From NCBI GenBank assembly GCA_965217865.1, contig CBDCJO010000002.1:2752001-2816000 (forward strand): DNA of 64,000 nucleotides. Reading direction: 5' to 3'. Shown here piece by piece: positions 19,993-35,284 of the stretch. Under the pieces are notes generated by a model that saw only the letters and a program-made list of their open reading frames with translations, did not search any database and was not told the DNA's origin. Source of the stretch: Candidatus Latescibacterota bacterium (lineage in GTDB: Bacteria > Latescibacterota > UBA2968 > SICM01). Numbering within the stretch: position 1 is the stretch's first letter; every line of letters starts with the position of its first letter. Position numbers and translations under genes: made by a program.

Positions 19993-20922
19993 TCAACCCA
20001 ATTTTTTCCGCTTGCCCAGGTAGTTGAACAAAACGGTGTCGAAAGGCTCCGCCGTGTCGATCTGGACATAGTCGATCAGACCCTCCCGACACTCTCGTCT
20101 GTAACGGTCTATCTCATTCGACATGTGTCGGCGGTACTCCTCGGCGATGTGCCACGGTTCCGTGGCGACCTCCGCCCCTTGCTCCAGTCCAACGAACCGC
20201 GTTTCCCGATCGTAGAACAGATCCCGTTCTCTCGGGTCCAGAACGTGAAAGACCACCACCTCGTGTTTCCGATGTCTGAAGTGCCGCAACCCTGAGAGAA
20301 CCCGATCTACGTGGTCGCTGCGCTTCGCCTGGCCAACGCAATCCTCTGGTGGCAGGAAGTCTGAGATCACCACGATCATCCCCCGTCGTTTGATCCTTTC
20401 CGCAAGCTCGTGAAACGTCCCGGACACATCCGTATCCGAACCCGTCGTGGCCGCCTCGACCTCCCGAAGGATCGTGTGGAGATGAGTCGTCACCGAACGC
20501 GGGGGAACGTACCTCCGGATCCCCTTGTCAAACAACACAAGACCAACGGCGTCGCGCTGACGAAGCATCAGATAACTCAGGGCGGCGGCCGTAAGGCATC
20601 CATATCGAAATTTGGTGATCCCCCCCGATCCGAAACCCATCGATCCGCTCACATCGAGGAGAATGTAGGCCTTAAGGTTCGTCTCTTCTTCGTGTTCCTT
20701 CACATAGATCCGATCGGTCTTCCCAAAGACTTTCCAGTCGATATCCCGAACCGAATCCCCCGGCATATAAGCTCTGTACTCGGCAAACTCCACGGAGAAT
20801 CCATGGTAGGGGCTCTTGTGTAGTCCGGTGATGAACCCCTCCACAACCAGACGCGCAACGATATCCAGGCGGGAGAGACGGGAGACCACATCCGGCCTGA
20901 GGAATTCCCGGTAGTCAGACAC
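19993..20922 (-). CDS. DUF58 domain (vWA-like) MoxR partner
   Basis: GLHKSPYHGFSVEFAEYRAYMPGD...IDWK...DVSGSM...ISDF. Confidence 0.92.
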   Translation of the reverse strand: MSDYREFLRPDVVSRLSRLDIVARLVVEGFITGLHKSPYHGFSVEFAEYRAYMPGDSVRDIDWKVFGKTDRIYVKEHEEETNLKAYILLDVSGSMGFGSGGITKFRYGCLTAAALSYLMLRQRDAVGLVLFDKGIRRYVPPRSVTTHLHTILREVEAATTGSDTDVSGTFHELAERIKRRGMIVVISDFLPPEDCVGQAKRSDHVDRVLSGLRHFRHRKHEVVVFHVLDPRERDLFYDRETRFVGLEQGAEVATEPWHIAEEYRRHMSNEIDRYRRECREGLIDYVQIDTAEPFDTVLFNYLGKRKKLG

Positions 20923-20972
20923 GGGGAGCCCCGAAAATATGCGATGGCATTTTCAAATTTGGAATCCTTACG

Positions 20973-21971
20973 TCAAGGTTGTGTCTCATCCAAAAGCCTT
21001 TGGATCAGGTCCACGGGGCCGATCCCGTCCGCTTCCGCATTGAAATTCGTGATAATCCGATGCCGAAAAGTGGGAAGGACCACCGCACGAACATCCTCAA
21101 CGGAGGCCGAGGGCCGGCCATCAAGAACGGCTCGTGCCTTTGCGCCCAGGATGAGGCATTGGGATGCACGGGGGCCTGCTCCCCAGCTGACCATCTCCTT
21201 GATATAGGAAGGAACTCCGTTGTTTCCCGGCCGTGTGCTCGTCACGAGACGCACGGCATGATCGATGACCATCCTTGACACGGGGACCCTTCGAACAAGC
21301 CCCTGGAGATCCACGATCTGATCCGCATTCAGAACTTTCTCCACCTCTCCCTTGTATGCACTTGTCGTTTGCCGAACGATCTCTTGCTCTTCCTCTGCGG
21401 TAGGATAGTCGATCCAGAGATTGAAGATGAACCGGTCCAGTTGCGCTTCCGGAAGCGGATAGGTCCCCTCCTGTTCGATCGGATTTTGAGTGGCGAGAAC
21501 GAAGAACGGCTCCAACAGCTTCATCGTTTCGCCACCGGCGGTCACCTCATGTTCCTGCATGGCCTGGAGGAGCGCAGCCTGTGTTTTGGGCGGGGTTCGA
21601 TTAATCTCGTCGGCCAGAACCACATTCGCAAAGATCGGCCCCTTCACGAACCGGAAGGCCTTGCGACCCGTGGACATGTCCTCCTCCAAGATCTCGGTCC
21701 CGGTGATATCCGATGGCATCAGGTCGGGTGTGAACTGAATGCGATTGAAAGTGAGGTCCAAAGCCTTTGCCAGGGTATTGATCAGCAGGGTTTTGGCCAG
21801 CCCCGGAACCCCCACCAGGAGGCAGTGCCCGCCGCACAACAAAGCGATCAGGAGCTGCTCGATGATCTCCTTTTGACCGACGATCACCTTTTCCAACTCA
21901 CCCAATATGTTACCCTTGGCCTCCACCAACCGCTCCACCGTCTCTCGGTCACCCATCTGGTCCGCTGCCAT
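20973..21971 (-). CDS. MoxR family AAA+ ATPase
   Basis: [58 protein letters not shown]. Confidence 0.95.
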   Translation of the reverse strand: MAADQMGDRETVERLVEAKGNILGELEKVIVGQKEIIEQLLIALLCGGHCLLVGVPGLAKTLLINTLAKALDLTFNRIQFTPDLMPSDITGTEILEEDMSTGRKAFRFVKGPIFANVVLADEINRTPPKTQAALLQAMQEHEVTAGGETMKLLEPFFVLATQNPIEQEGTYPLPEAQLDRFIFNLWIDYPTAEEEQEIVRQTTSAYKGEVEKVLNADQIVDLQGLVRRVPVSRMVIDHAVRLVTSTRPGNNGVPSYIKEMVSWGAGPRASQCLILGAKARAVLDGRPSASVEDVRAVVLPTFRHRIITNFNAEADGIGPVDLIQRLLDETQP

Positions 21972-22197
21972 CTGACCTCCTCTACCAAGACATCCACCTT
22001 AATGGACCAACAACCCTCTTGACATTTTCCATCCTTTGACGTTCATTCACACCTGCGATTGTTGACTACCCAATCCGGCAAGCGCGTGGCCGTAAACAAG
22101 ATAATCGAAAAAGCGGGAGAAATAAAGCCCAAATCTATGCCCAATCTTGAAATCGCTGTCTCTCTGAAATTTCCGATCCGTCGTTAAGGAGGCCGGT

Positions 22198-23040
22198 TTG
22201 AAGCTCGGTTTCAGCACCTGGGGGACACCCGAGGTCCCAATCGAGGATGCCCTCGCCTATCTCGATGGGCTAGGTTATGATGGAGTCGAGTTGACCGTCA
22301 TCCCGGGCTACACGACCGAATTGAAATTTCTCGATAGGATGGAGCGCCGGCGGATCAAGGATCTCTACCACCGCCACAACCTAGATCTCCCCGCCATTGC
22401 AGCCCACACCACATTTCTTGAATCCGAGGCATCCTCGCACAAGGCCAACATGGAGCGCCTCGAAGCTGCGATCGATCTGGCGGTTGATCTGAGTTCGGAA
22501 TCGGCCCCCCCTGCGATCAACACCACGCCAGGCGGTCGGCCAGATGAATGGGAGACCGTCCGCCACTTGCTCGTAGATCGGATCGGAAGCCTCGTCCGAC
22601 ACGCTGCCTCTCGTGGCGTTACACTCGCCTTGGAACCCCACGTCGGGGCAAGCGTCAATAATCCCGGGCGCATCCTGTGGCTGTTGGAACAGATCGATTC
22701 ACCCTATCTCAAGATCAACTTCGACATCAGTCATTTCGATGTGGTCGGCATTTCTATCGAGGAAGCGGTTCCCCAGCTCGCCCCCCATACGGTCCACACC
22801 CACGTCAAGGACCAGCGGGGTCAACATCCGGACTTCGAATTTCTGATTCCCGGGGAGGGGACTTTTGACTATGTCCGCTATCTCCGGGCCATGCAGGAAA
22901 CGGGTTATACGGGTTACATCACCGTTGAAGTGAGCGTCATGGTCCAGCGCCGACCCGATTACGATCCTTACGCGGCCGCGGAACTTTCCTACAGAACGCT
23001 TTTGAACGCCTTTGAACACGCCGGTGTCAATCGAGGTTGA
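22198..23040 (+). CDS. Sugar phosphate isomerase/epimerase (xylose isomerase-like TIM barrel)
   Basis: GYDGVEL, LALEPH, FDISH, HTHVKD, PGEG...GYTGYITVE. Confidence 0.9.
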   Translation: MKLGFSTWGTPEVPIEDALAYLDGLGYDGVELTVIPGYTTELKFLDRMERRRIKDLYHRHNLDLPAIAAHTTFLESEASSHKANMERLEAAIDLAVDLSSESAPPAINTTPGGRPDEWETVRHLLVDRIGSLVRHAASRGVTLALEPHVGASVNNPGRILWLLEQIDSPYLKINFDISHFDVVGISIEEAVPQLAPHTVHTHVKDQRGQHPDFEFLIPGEGTFDYVRYLRAMQETGYTGYITVEVSVMVQRRPDYDPYAAAELSYRTLLNAFEHAGVNRG

Positions 23041-23065
23041 CGGGCTTTCCGGTGCTGTTTATATT
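23037..23065 (+). promoter_or_regulatory. Sigma-70 promoter for the 23137..27936 gene run
   Basis: TTGACG-17 nt-TATATT. Confidence 0.55.
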
Positions 23066-23136
23066 ATCCACGCGTCCCATGAAATAAATCCCGATTGTAT
23101 GTCACACACCACGATTCAAACAGGGAGGAAACGATT

Positions 23137-23625
23137 ATGTTCCGCACTGTAATATTATCTGGAATTCCGCTGTTTTTGAGTCTTACAATGGCCTTCATCC
23201 CGGCCAGCACCCTTGCAGGAGAACACCCGAGCGAACACCCCCAGGAACATGCCGCAGAGCATCCGGAGACAAAATCAGTCGGGATGACAAAGGAAGCCCT
23301 TGCCCAGGCCATCAGCGGGTATGTACAGAAAGAGACCAAACTCAAAGGGGGCTATTTCCTGGTTTACGACCGGGCGGCCAAGAGTCCGCTTGTTCTCACC
23401 CTGGAGCGCGTGCACGACGAACGCCTGGCAACGGTGAGCGAGGGAATCTATTTTGCCTGCGCGGATTTCAAGGATCCCGACAACCGGGTCTATGATCTGG
23501 ACATCTTCATGAAGCAAGGCGAATCGGGCTTGAAGGTAACAGAGATCTCGATACACAAAAAAGATGGTGCCGTCCGTTATAATTGGTTCGAGAAAGACGG
23601 CGTATGGATCAAGAAGGGATTATAG
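23137..23625 (+). CDS. Secreted protein with EHP His-rich repeats
   Basis: GGGAGG RBS, signal peptide, GEHPSEHPQEHAAEHPE, then a globular domain with YFACADF. Confidence 0.8.
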   Translation: MFRTVILSGIPLFLSLTMAFIPASTLAGEHPSEHPQEHAAEHPETKSVGMTKEALAQAISGYVQKETKLKGGYFLVYDRAAKSPLVLTLERVHDERLATVSEGIYFACADFKDPDNRVYDLDIFMKQGESGLKVTEISIHKKDGAVRYNWFEKDGVWIKKGL

Positions 23626-23664
23626 GGATAAGAGATAGTCCTATGAACAGGGAGGGAACGATCG

Positions 23665-24642
23665 ATGAGAGGAACGCATAGACTCCTGTGGGGAATGTGT
23701 CTGTTTCTGATCCTGTCGCATGCGCTGTCTGCCCACGCCCAGAACGAACGGCACTTTATCTTCACATATGAAGCGATCCTACGAAACCTCCCGGAATCGG
23801 TTGAGCGGGTGGAACTGTGGCTTCCGGTCCCCAAGGACAATCCCGAGCAGGAGATCCTCTCCCTTGAGGTGGATTCACCAATCAAAGGGGCGTTTAAAAA
23901 AGAGGAAATTTACGGAAACCAAATCTGGTATGCGGGTGCAGCACCGCCTCCGGATGGTACTTGGCGCGTAACTCAGCGAATCGAGGTGGTTCGCAAAGAG
24001 CAACATGTCTCGTGGAATAAAAAAGAGGAAGCTATCCGTGAACCCGACGACTTAAACCTGTTCCTGAAATCGAACCGTATGGTGCCGCTTTCGTCAAGGT
24101 TTGATCGGATCGCCTCGGAGGAGACGCACGGTCAGGAAGCTGCCATCTCCCAGTCCCGCTCCCTGTACGACTATGTCATGGAGAGAATGGCATACGACAA
24201 GTCCGGGGAAGGATGGGGGCTGGGGGATGCCGACTATGCCTGCGATATAGGAAAGGGCAATTGCACGGATTACCACAGCCTGTTCATCGCTCTGACCCGT
24301 TCACTGGCGATCCCCGGCCGGTTTTGGATCGGCTTCCCGCTTCCCGCTGAGCGCGGGGAGGGCAGGATTGGAGGCTACCATTGCTGGGCTGAGTTCTGGA
24401 CTTCCACAACCGGCTGGGTTCCCGTTGACATATCCGAGGCCGACAAGCGCCCCGAAAAGAACGACTATTTCTTTGGGACCCTGGACGAAAATAGGCTCGT
24501 TTTCTCTCTGGGCCGGGACCTGATCCTGAATCCCCCGCAAAAAGGCCCCCCGATCAACTTCTTTATCTATCCCTATGCCGAAGTGGATGGAACCCCCTGG
24601 GATCAGGTTGAATACCGCTTCTCTTATCGGGATTTGCCATAG
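23665..24642 (+). CDS. Secreted transglutaminase-like (Cys-His-Asp) protein
   Basis: GNCTDYH, GYHCWAEF, WVPVD triad motifs; signal peptide. Confidence 0.9.
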   Translation: MRGTHRLLWGMCLFLILSHALSAHAQNERHFIFTYEAILRNLPESVERVELWLPVPKDNPEQEILSLEVDSPIKGAFKKEEIYGNQIWYAGAAPPPDGTWRVTQRIEVVRKEQHVSWNKKEEAIREPDDLNLFLKSNRMVPLSSRFDRIASEETHGQEAAISQSRSLYDYVMERMAYDKSGEGWGLGDADYACDIGKGNCTDYHSLFIALTRSLAIPGRFWIGFPLPAERGEGRIGGYHCWAEFWTSTTGWVPVDISEADKRPEKNDYFFGTLDENRLVFSLGRDLILNPPQKGPPINFFIYPYAEVDGTPWDQVEYRFSYRDLP

Positions 24643-24669
24643 AGACAGGTTTCCTTGAGGTCTCGGCTT

Positions 24670-25995
24670 ATGACGCCGCTGAATCGATTCGGTTCCGCCT
24701 CGGACCTGGCTGATTGGGTGTCCGACGCTCGGGCGCGGACCTTCGAGCTGGTCGCTGACCTGACCGACGAACAGCTGATGGGTCCGCAGCTCAGCATCGT
24801 CAATCCCCTGTTGTGGGAGATCGGACACCATGCCTGGTTTCAATCCAGGTGGGTGCTCAGGCAGGCCAGCGGCCAAAAGCCCGTTCGCGAGGACGAAGAC
24901 ACCCTTTACGATTCCATCGCCATCCCTCACGGTACGCGGTGGGACCTGCCCCTGCCCTCCCGTGAAGAGACCCTGGCTTACATGCGCGAAGTCAGAGACA
25001 GGGTGTTGGAACTCCTCCAGGCGGGTGAGCCATCCGATGAGCAGGCCTACCATATCATCTATACGACTTTCCACGAGGACATGCACACCGAAGCCCTGAC
25101 ATACGCGCGGCAAACCCACGGTTATCCACCCCCCCTCCTGTCAATCGTTCCTGAACCCGAGGACCAGCCGGCCGTAGGAGATGGATCCCTTTCCGGGGAT
25201 GTCGAGATCTCAGGAGGAAAATTTATGCTCGGGGCCTCCCGGGAAGATCCCTTCCCTTTCGACAACGAAAAGTGGGCGCATACGGTGGAACTGGAGACCT
25301 TCTCCCTGGCTCGAGCCCCGGTCACCCAGGCCGATTTTACCGCTTTCGTGGCCGATGGCGGGTACCGCCGCCAGGAGCTTTGGAGCCAGGAGGGTTGGAA
25401 CTGGCGGGAGACCGCAAACGCAGAACATCCGGTCTACTGGCGGGGGAATTCCAACGCCGAATGGTTCCGCCGACATTTTGACCGATGGGTCCCGCTCGAA
25501 CCCCATCGCCCTGTCCTTCACGTCAACTGGCATGAAGCCGAGGCGTATTGTTGCTGGGCGGGGCGCCGGTTGCCGACCGAAGCTGAATGGGAGATGGTCG
25601 CTGCATCCGAACCGAACCGAATCAGTGGGGGGCTTGCACCCCGGAAGCGGCCCTATCCCTGGGGCGATGAGGCCCCGGCCGGAGGCCCTGCGAATCTGGA
25701 CTGGGGGGCAATGGGGTGTGTGGATGTGGGGGCATTTTCCGCGGGCGATAGTGCCATCGGATGCCGTCAGATGATCGGAAATGTCTGGGAATGGACCAGC
25801 AGTGTTTTTCTTCCCTACCCCGAATTTGTTCCGGATCCATACAAAGAATATTCAGAACCCTGGTTTGAAACCCGAAAGGTCCTCCGGGGGGGGTGTTGGG
25901 CGACGCGTTCCCGGTTGATACGCAACACCTATCGAAATTACTATACCCCCGACCGGCGGGATGTTTGGGCGGGGTTCCGAACCTGTGCGCCATAA
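24670..25995 (+). CDS. senA: Selenoneine synthase SenA (EgtB-like DinB + FGE-sulfatase domains)
   Basis: NPLLWEIGHHAWFQ signature, HEDMHTE iron motif, RLPTEAEWE, GNVWEW, GFRTC; immediately followed by a SenB homolog. Confidence 0.85.
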   Translation: MTPLNRFGSASDLADWVSDARARTFELVADLTDEQLMGPQLSIVNPLLWEIGHHAWFQSRWVLRQASGQKPVREDEDTLYDSIAIPHGTRWDLPLPSREETLAYMREVRDRVLELLQAGEPSDEQAYHIIYTTFHEDMHTEALTYARQTHGYPPPLLSIVPEPEDQPAVGDGSLSGDVEISGGKFMLGASREDPFPFDNEKWAHTVELETFSLARAPVTQADFTAFVADGGYRRQELWSQEGWNWRETANAEHPVYWRGNSNAEWFRRHFDRWVPLEPHRPVLHVNWHEAEAYCCWAGRRLPTEAEWEMVAASEPNRISGGLAPRKRPYPWGDEAPAGGPANLDWGAMGCVDVGAFSAGDSAIGCRQMIGNVWEWTSSVFLPYPEFVPDPYKEYSEPWFETRKVLRGGCWATRSRLIRNTYRNYYTPDRRDVWAGFRTCAP

Positions 25996-25998
25996 ATC

Positions 25999-26952
25999 AT
26001 GAAAATATGCTTGATAACGCCGGCCCCTCCACACTCAAGAAAAGGAAACCGGGTGACCGCCCTTCGATGGGCCCGAATCCTCCGAGGACTTGGCCATCGC
26101 GTGGAGGTCCAGGAGGCGTATCGCGGCCAATCCTGTGACCTGATGGTTGCCCTTCACGCCCGCCGCAGCTTTCCCTCGATAAGTCGCTTTCGACTCGAGC
26201 GCCCCCGTCTCCCGATCGTCCTTGCCATGACCGGAACCGACCTCTATGGGGATATCCATACCGACCCGAATGCCCGCCGGTCGCTCGAAATGGCCTCTCG
26301 CCTCGTGCTCCTTCAACGCACGGGCCTCTTGGAACTTCCAAAACCATTGCGATCGAAGGCCCGGGTGATCTACCAGTCTGCAGGGTGACCGAAGGGTCGT
26401 TTTGCCCCCCGGGCGGGGGTATTCGAAGTCTGCGTTCTGGGTCACCTCCGGGAGGTGAAGGATCCCTTCCGGACTGCCGCTGCCGCCCGGTTGCTCCCCC
26501 CGACCTCGCGCATCGAAGTGCTACAGATCGGAGGCGCCCTCAGCCCGGAGATGAGAGACCGGGCCCGGTCCGAGGAGAGCTCCAATCCCCGTTATCGCTG
26601 GCTTGGGGAATACCCCCGCTGGAAGGCGCTTCGCATCCTGGCGCGTACCCGCCTGCTCGTATTGACTTCACTTATGGAGGGTGGGGCGAATGCGGTCTCG
26701 GAAGCCCTCGCGTGTGCTGTCCCGGTCCTGTCGTCGATGATCTCTGGGTCGATCGGAATTCTGGGCGAGGACTATCCGGGATACTTTCCGGCCGAGGACA
26801 CCTCAGCCCTCGCCAAATTGATGGCCCGTGCCGAGGGGGATCCCGAATTCTACCGGGACCTCAAGCGCCGGTGTAAACGGCTCGCCCCCCTGGTGTCCCC
26901 CACCCGCGAACGGGAAGGATGGAATAACCTCCTCCTGGAACTCTCCCAATAA
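25999..26952 (+). CDS. senB: Selenosugar synthase SenB glycosyltransferase, interrupted by in-frame TGA at 26386-26388
   Basis: ITPAP...GNRVTALRW, LHARRS, TGTDLY, then QSAG*PKG...GHLREVKDPF, EGGANAVSEA. Both halves are in the same frame. Confidence 0.8.
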
Positions 26953-26968
26953 ATCAGCTGGTCATGAA

Positions 26969-27936
26969 ATGCTTAAGGTGGCAATCATCGGTGCCGGTGG
27001 GATCGGAGGGCATCACGCCCACTGGTACCACCTCTCAAACACTCGGGTCACAGCCTTCGCCGGGACCTCGGAGGCAAGCTGCGAAAAGACGGCTGCCCGC
27101 CTTCGGGAGTCATTCGGGTTTTCCGGTAAGGGCTACGCCAACGTTCACCGGATGCTGGAACGGGAACAACCGGACATCGTCGGCATATGCAGCCCCCCCG
27201 ATCGCCATACCGAACACACACTGGCCGCCCTCGAAGCCGGCGCACGGGTCCTCTGCGAAAAACCCCTCGTCGTGGATTTCTCGAAAGATCCCGAGTCCTG
27301 GATCGCCCAAGGGGTTCAGATGGTTGAACGGGCGCTGTCCCTCGAGCGCAGTTTTGGGATGACCCCGCAACTTGCGGCCGCAGCCCCATTCTACTGGCAG
27401 CTCTACCGGAAATTCCGGGACCCTTCAGATACGATTACCGAATTTTTCGGGGAGATGAAGAACAGGCCCCGCCGTGGGGAAAAGAGGTTCGATCAGCTCT
27501 GGTGCGACCTCTCCCCTCACCTGCTTGCCCTTTTAATTCAGTTTTGTCCTGGTGGGGAGATCGATCCGTCCACCATATCCTGCCGGATCGGCGCGCAGGA
27601 CACTCGGGCCGAATTCGAATGGGCGGGCCCTGCAGGCAACATCCACACCCGGATTTTGTTAAGCCAGACCGCCGAAGATCCGCCTGTCCGGAGGTTCGGC
27701 GTCAACGGTTTCCTAGCCGAGTGGACCGGATACAGAGATGAGAAAGGGGTCTACCGGGCCATCCTGAAACACGGGAGGCCGAGATCCGATCCGACGACTA
27801 TTTACACCGCCTGATCGCAGATTTTGTTGCGCACGTTCGCGGTGAGGGGGGAAAAGTCTGGGTGGATGGTGAAAAGGCCCTCCGAAATCTCAAAGCTCAG
27901 GTCCAGTTGCTCCAACACGCCAGGAGGGAACGATAA
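26969..27936 (+). pseudogene. Gfo/Idh/MocA oxidoreductase, -1 frameshift near 27775
   Basis: MLKVAIIGAGGIG, CEKP. The C-terminus (DDYLHRLIADFV...ALRNL) continues in a shifted frame after CACGGGAGG. Confidence 0.75.
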
Positions 27937-28004
27937 GCCCCGTCGGTTCCATGGCCCGATTCCAGTTTCACTTTGAATTTTTTCATGAAAGTATTTGGAC
28001 TTGG

Positions 28005-28592
28005 ATACCCCTTCCTTTGGAAGGGGAGGAAAAGTTTAGCTTGCCGAAGGCAAGCTAAAAGGCTGTCTTATCGTGTGCAGACCACTGAGACACAAATCGA
28101 CTCAGGAGGCATACGATGGGACTCCGACGGACCAGTCACGCAGTCTATGATAGCCAGTATCCTCTGGTATGGGCACCGAAGTATCGGAAATGGATTCTGC
28201 GAGGTGACCTTCGAGCGTATGTGGGCAAGCTGTTTCATCGGATAGCAGAGGATTTTGGTTTTGACATCCAAGAGATGGAAGTGGCCGAAGATCATGTGCA
28301 TATTTTCTTGTCGTTTCCTCCCCGGTATTCGATTTCTAAGGTAGTGGGCATTTTGAAGAGTATTTCGGGCAGCGGGGTCTTCCGAGAACATCCAGAGGTG
28401 AAACGGGAGTTATGGGGTGGAGAATTCTGGGAAGATGGTTATTTTGCCCGCACCGTAGGCGACAAGGTGACTTCTGAAGTGATTGAGCAATATATTCGGT
28501 ATCATCGTCAAGAGCAGAAAGGGCCCCTACAGTTGGATCTGTTTGGGGATGGGAGTGGTTAATGCCCCGCCCTTTGGGCGGGGTGGTTTACT
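28005..28592 (+). mobile_element. IS200/IS605-family element, tnpA only (IS200-type)
   Basis: Related subterminal hairpins CCCCTTCC-TTT-GGAAGGGG (28008-28026) and GCCCCGCCC-TTT-GGGCGGGGT (28564-28584) followed by GGTTTAC; extra hairpin TTTAGCTTGCC-GAA-GGCAAGCTAAA (28035-28059). Boundaries approximate. Confidence 0.85.
28116..28562 (+). CDS. tnpA: Y1 HUH transposase TnpA
   Basis: LVWAPKYR, EDHVHIF (HUH), FWEDGYFARTVG, YIRYH. Confidence 0.95.
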   Translation: MGLRRTSHAVYDSQYPLVWAPKYRKWILRGDLRAYVGKLFHRIAEDFGFDIQEMEVAEDHVHIFLSFPPRYSISKVVGILKSISGSGVFREHPEVKRELWGGEFWEDGYFARTVGDKVTSEVIEQYIRYHRQEQKGPLQLDLFGDGSG

Positions 28593-28619
28593 TTGCATTT
28601 TTTACGTTGATATCATCCT

Positions 28620-29858
28620 GTGAAACGGGTTCTCTTCATCGCATATCACTACCCCCCGATCCAGGCGGGTTCGGAACGCTCGGTCAGGTTCATAAAGCAC
28701 CTCCCGCCTTTTGGGTATGAACCCGTGGTACTGACCACGTCGGCTTTCGGGAAAAAAAACGCGGGGGGTGCCATCCGGGCTTGGGAACCCCTTGCCCCGT
28801 ATCGTAAACTCTGGAACCCTGAGCGGGAAACGCCGCACATCCGGACGGGGGCAGGGGGTGCCCGCGGGATCATCGATTGGTTCCGCCGTTACATCCTTTT
28901 CCCCGATGCCCAAATCGGCTGGCTCCCCCACGCGATCTTGAACGGCCTGAGATGCATTCGAAAAATGGGAGTCCGCGTCATCTTCTCAAGCTACCCCCCG
29001 GCCTCGTCCCACCTGGTAGGCCTGGCCCTCAAACGCCTGACAGGCCTCCCGTGGGTGGCCGATTTCAGGGACTGCTGGACATACGATCGCCTCGATGCAT
29101 TTCGGGGGGATGAGGGCCTTTGGGCCCAGGCAGAACACGCCGTCGAAGCACGCGTCGTTCGAGAGGCCGACCGGGTTTTGGTCGTCACAGAGGTGTCCCG
29201 GAGGAATTTTCTGAGGAGGTACCCCGAGGCCTCACGCAAATTCGTCTACATACCGAACGGATTTGAGCCGGCGGAGATCGTGAACCGAGACACGACCAAG
29301 AACGCGCGTATGAGGATGGTACACACGGGCTCCTTTTCCCTCAGCCACCCAAGACGAAGTCCGGCCAAGTTGTTCGAGGCCATACGGAGAATGGACGAAT
29401 CTCCTGAGTTGGTCCTTGTCGGGCCCATGACGGAGACGGAAAAACAAATGGCGTCGGACCTGGTGCACCAAGGCCACGTTCGAATGATCGGGAATACGTC
29501 CCGGGAGGATGCCCGTGCCCACCAGCGTTCGGCGGACCTCCTCATCCTGATCGACCACCCCCGGGACGTTCGAGCGTCGAATATTCCCTCGAAATTCTAC
29601 GAATATATTTCCACGGGTCGGCCAACCCTCGCCCTTGTCCCCGATGGGGCCACACGGGAGATGATCGCGGAGTTGAAGGCTGGAATCGCCGTAGACCCGG
29701 AGTCAGTTGAGGAGATAAAAAGTGCGATCTTGAATTTCGCGGAACAATGGCGGAAATCGGGAAACCTCCGATCCGATATTTCTGCGGGCGCCCTCATCCC
29801 TTTTCATTGGGATCGACTCACAGCGCGGCTTGTGTCGACTTTCGAGGAAACCGCTTAA
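28620..29858 (+). CDS. GT4 family glycosyltransferase
   Basis: AYHYPP, LFPDAQIGW, PWVADFRD, IPNGF, HTGS, PSKFYEY. Confidence 0.9.
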   Translation: MKRVLFIAYHYPPIQAGSERSVRFIKHLPPFGYEPVVLTTSAFGKKNAGGAIRAWEPLAPYRKLWNPERETPHIRTGAGGARGIIDWFRRYILFPDAQIGWLPHAILNGLRCIRKMGVRVIFSSYPPASSHLVGLALKRLTGLPWVADFRDCWTYDRLDAFRGDEGLWAQAEHAVEARVVREADRVLVVTEVSRRNFLRRYPEASRKFVYIPNGFEPAEIVNRDTTKNARMRMVHTGSFSLSHPRRSPAKLFEAIRRMDESPELVLVGPMTETEKQMASDLVHQGHVRMIGNTSREDARAHQRSADLLILIDHPRDVRASNIPSKFYEYISTGRPTLALVPDGATREMIAELKAGIAVDPESVEEIKSAILNFAEQWRKSGNLRSDISAGALIPFHWDRLTARLVSTFEETA

Positions 29859-29889
29859 ACAACGGGGGGGTTGGGACGGGAAAAAGGCC

Positions 29890-29917
29890 TTGACTTCTAG
29901 GAAAATCGCTTTATATT
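29890..29917 (+). promoter_or_regulatory. rRNA operon promoter
   Basis: TTGACT-16 nt-TATATT upstream of 16S; BoxA-like GCTCTTTGAAAA at 29955-29966. Confidence 0.75.
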
Positions 29918-30061
29918 ATCTCTTTGCTGGATCATAATTTTTGCAACCGAAATCGCTCTTTGAAAACCGAATAACGTGCACGTGCCTTAATCGCTTGGCC
30001 AGCCTTTCTTCGGAAGGGCGAACTTAGCATGATTACGCTCAATTTTGCGTAACCGTTTTTT

Positions 30062-31626
<1,565 letters not shown>

Positions 31627-31762
31627 AGTTTTATCGGGCTTTCGGTGTTTTTTCCTCCGATCGCTCGATCACTCTTAGGTCAATGTCCAAGTGGTTAGCC
31701 GTGCACGTTATTCGGTCTTTGAAGGGCGACTTTTGGGCTAATAGGCCAAGAAGGTTGCTTAA

Positions 31763-31836
<74 letters not shown>

Positions 31837-31873
31837 TTTTTCTGCTTGTTCACGACAACATTTCTATACCTTT

Positions 31874-31949
31874 GGGGATATAGCTCAGTTGGGAGAGCGC
31901 AGCCCTTGCAAGGCTGAGGTCACCGGTTCGATCCCGGTTATCTCCACCA
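31874..31949 (+). tRNA. tRNA-Ala(TGC)
   Basis: GGGGATA...TATCTCCACCA, anticodon loop CTTGCAA. Confidence 0.97.
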
Positions 31950-32111
31950 AGGCTCATAATAAGAGTTGTTCAAACGATCCGCCTTCGGGCGGCTGTTCTT
32001 TGACAATCGAATACGGAAACTCGAGCATCATCACAAGCCGAGCGTTTTGGGATTCATACCAGAAGGCTTTTGACTGAGGTCGGAAGCCATCTGCCAAAGG
32101 CCTGTTTTGTT

Positions 32112-35136
<3,025 letters not shown>

Positions 35137-35210
35137 AACATAATTTCTTTTGGCAGATGGCTCTCGGCCTTGGCGATGAGCCGAGTTTCCGTATTCGATT
35201 CAAATTCGAC

Positions 35211-35242
35211 AAGCAGGGGCGTGTCTCGGCGCGCCCCTGCTT
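35211..35242. terminator. GC-rich hairpin after 23S (terminator or processing/stability stem)
   Basis: AAGCAGGGGCG...CGCCCCTGCTT, with no clear U-tract on the + strand. Confidence 0.5.
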
Positions 35243-35284
35243 AATATTCATAAGTTGGTACGGCCGTAAAGGCGAAGACACCTC

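Noticed and set aside
28563-28620. TnpB/omega-RNA system with the IS200 element
   Set aside because: The right-end hairpin follows the tnpA stop directly, and the next gene is a glycosyltransferase.
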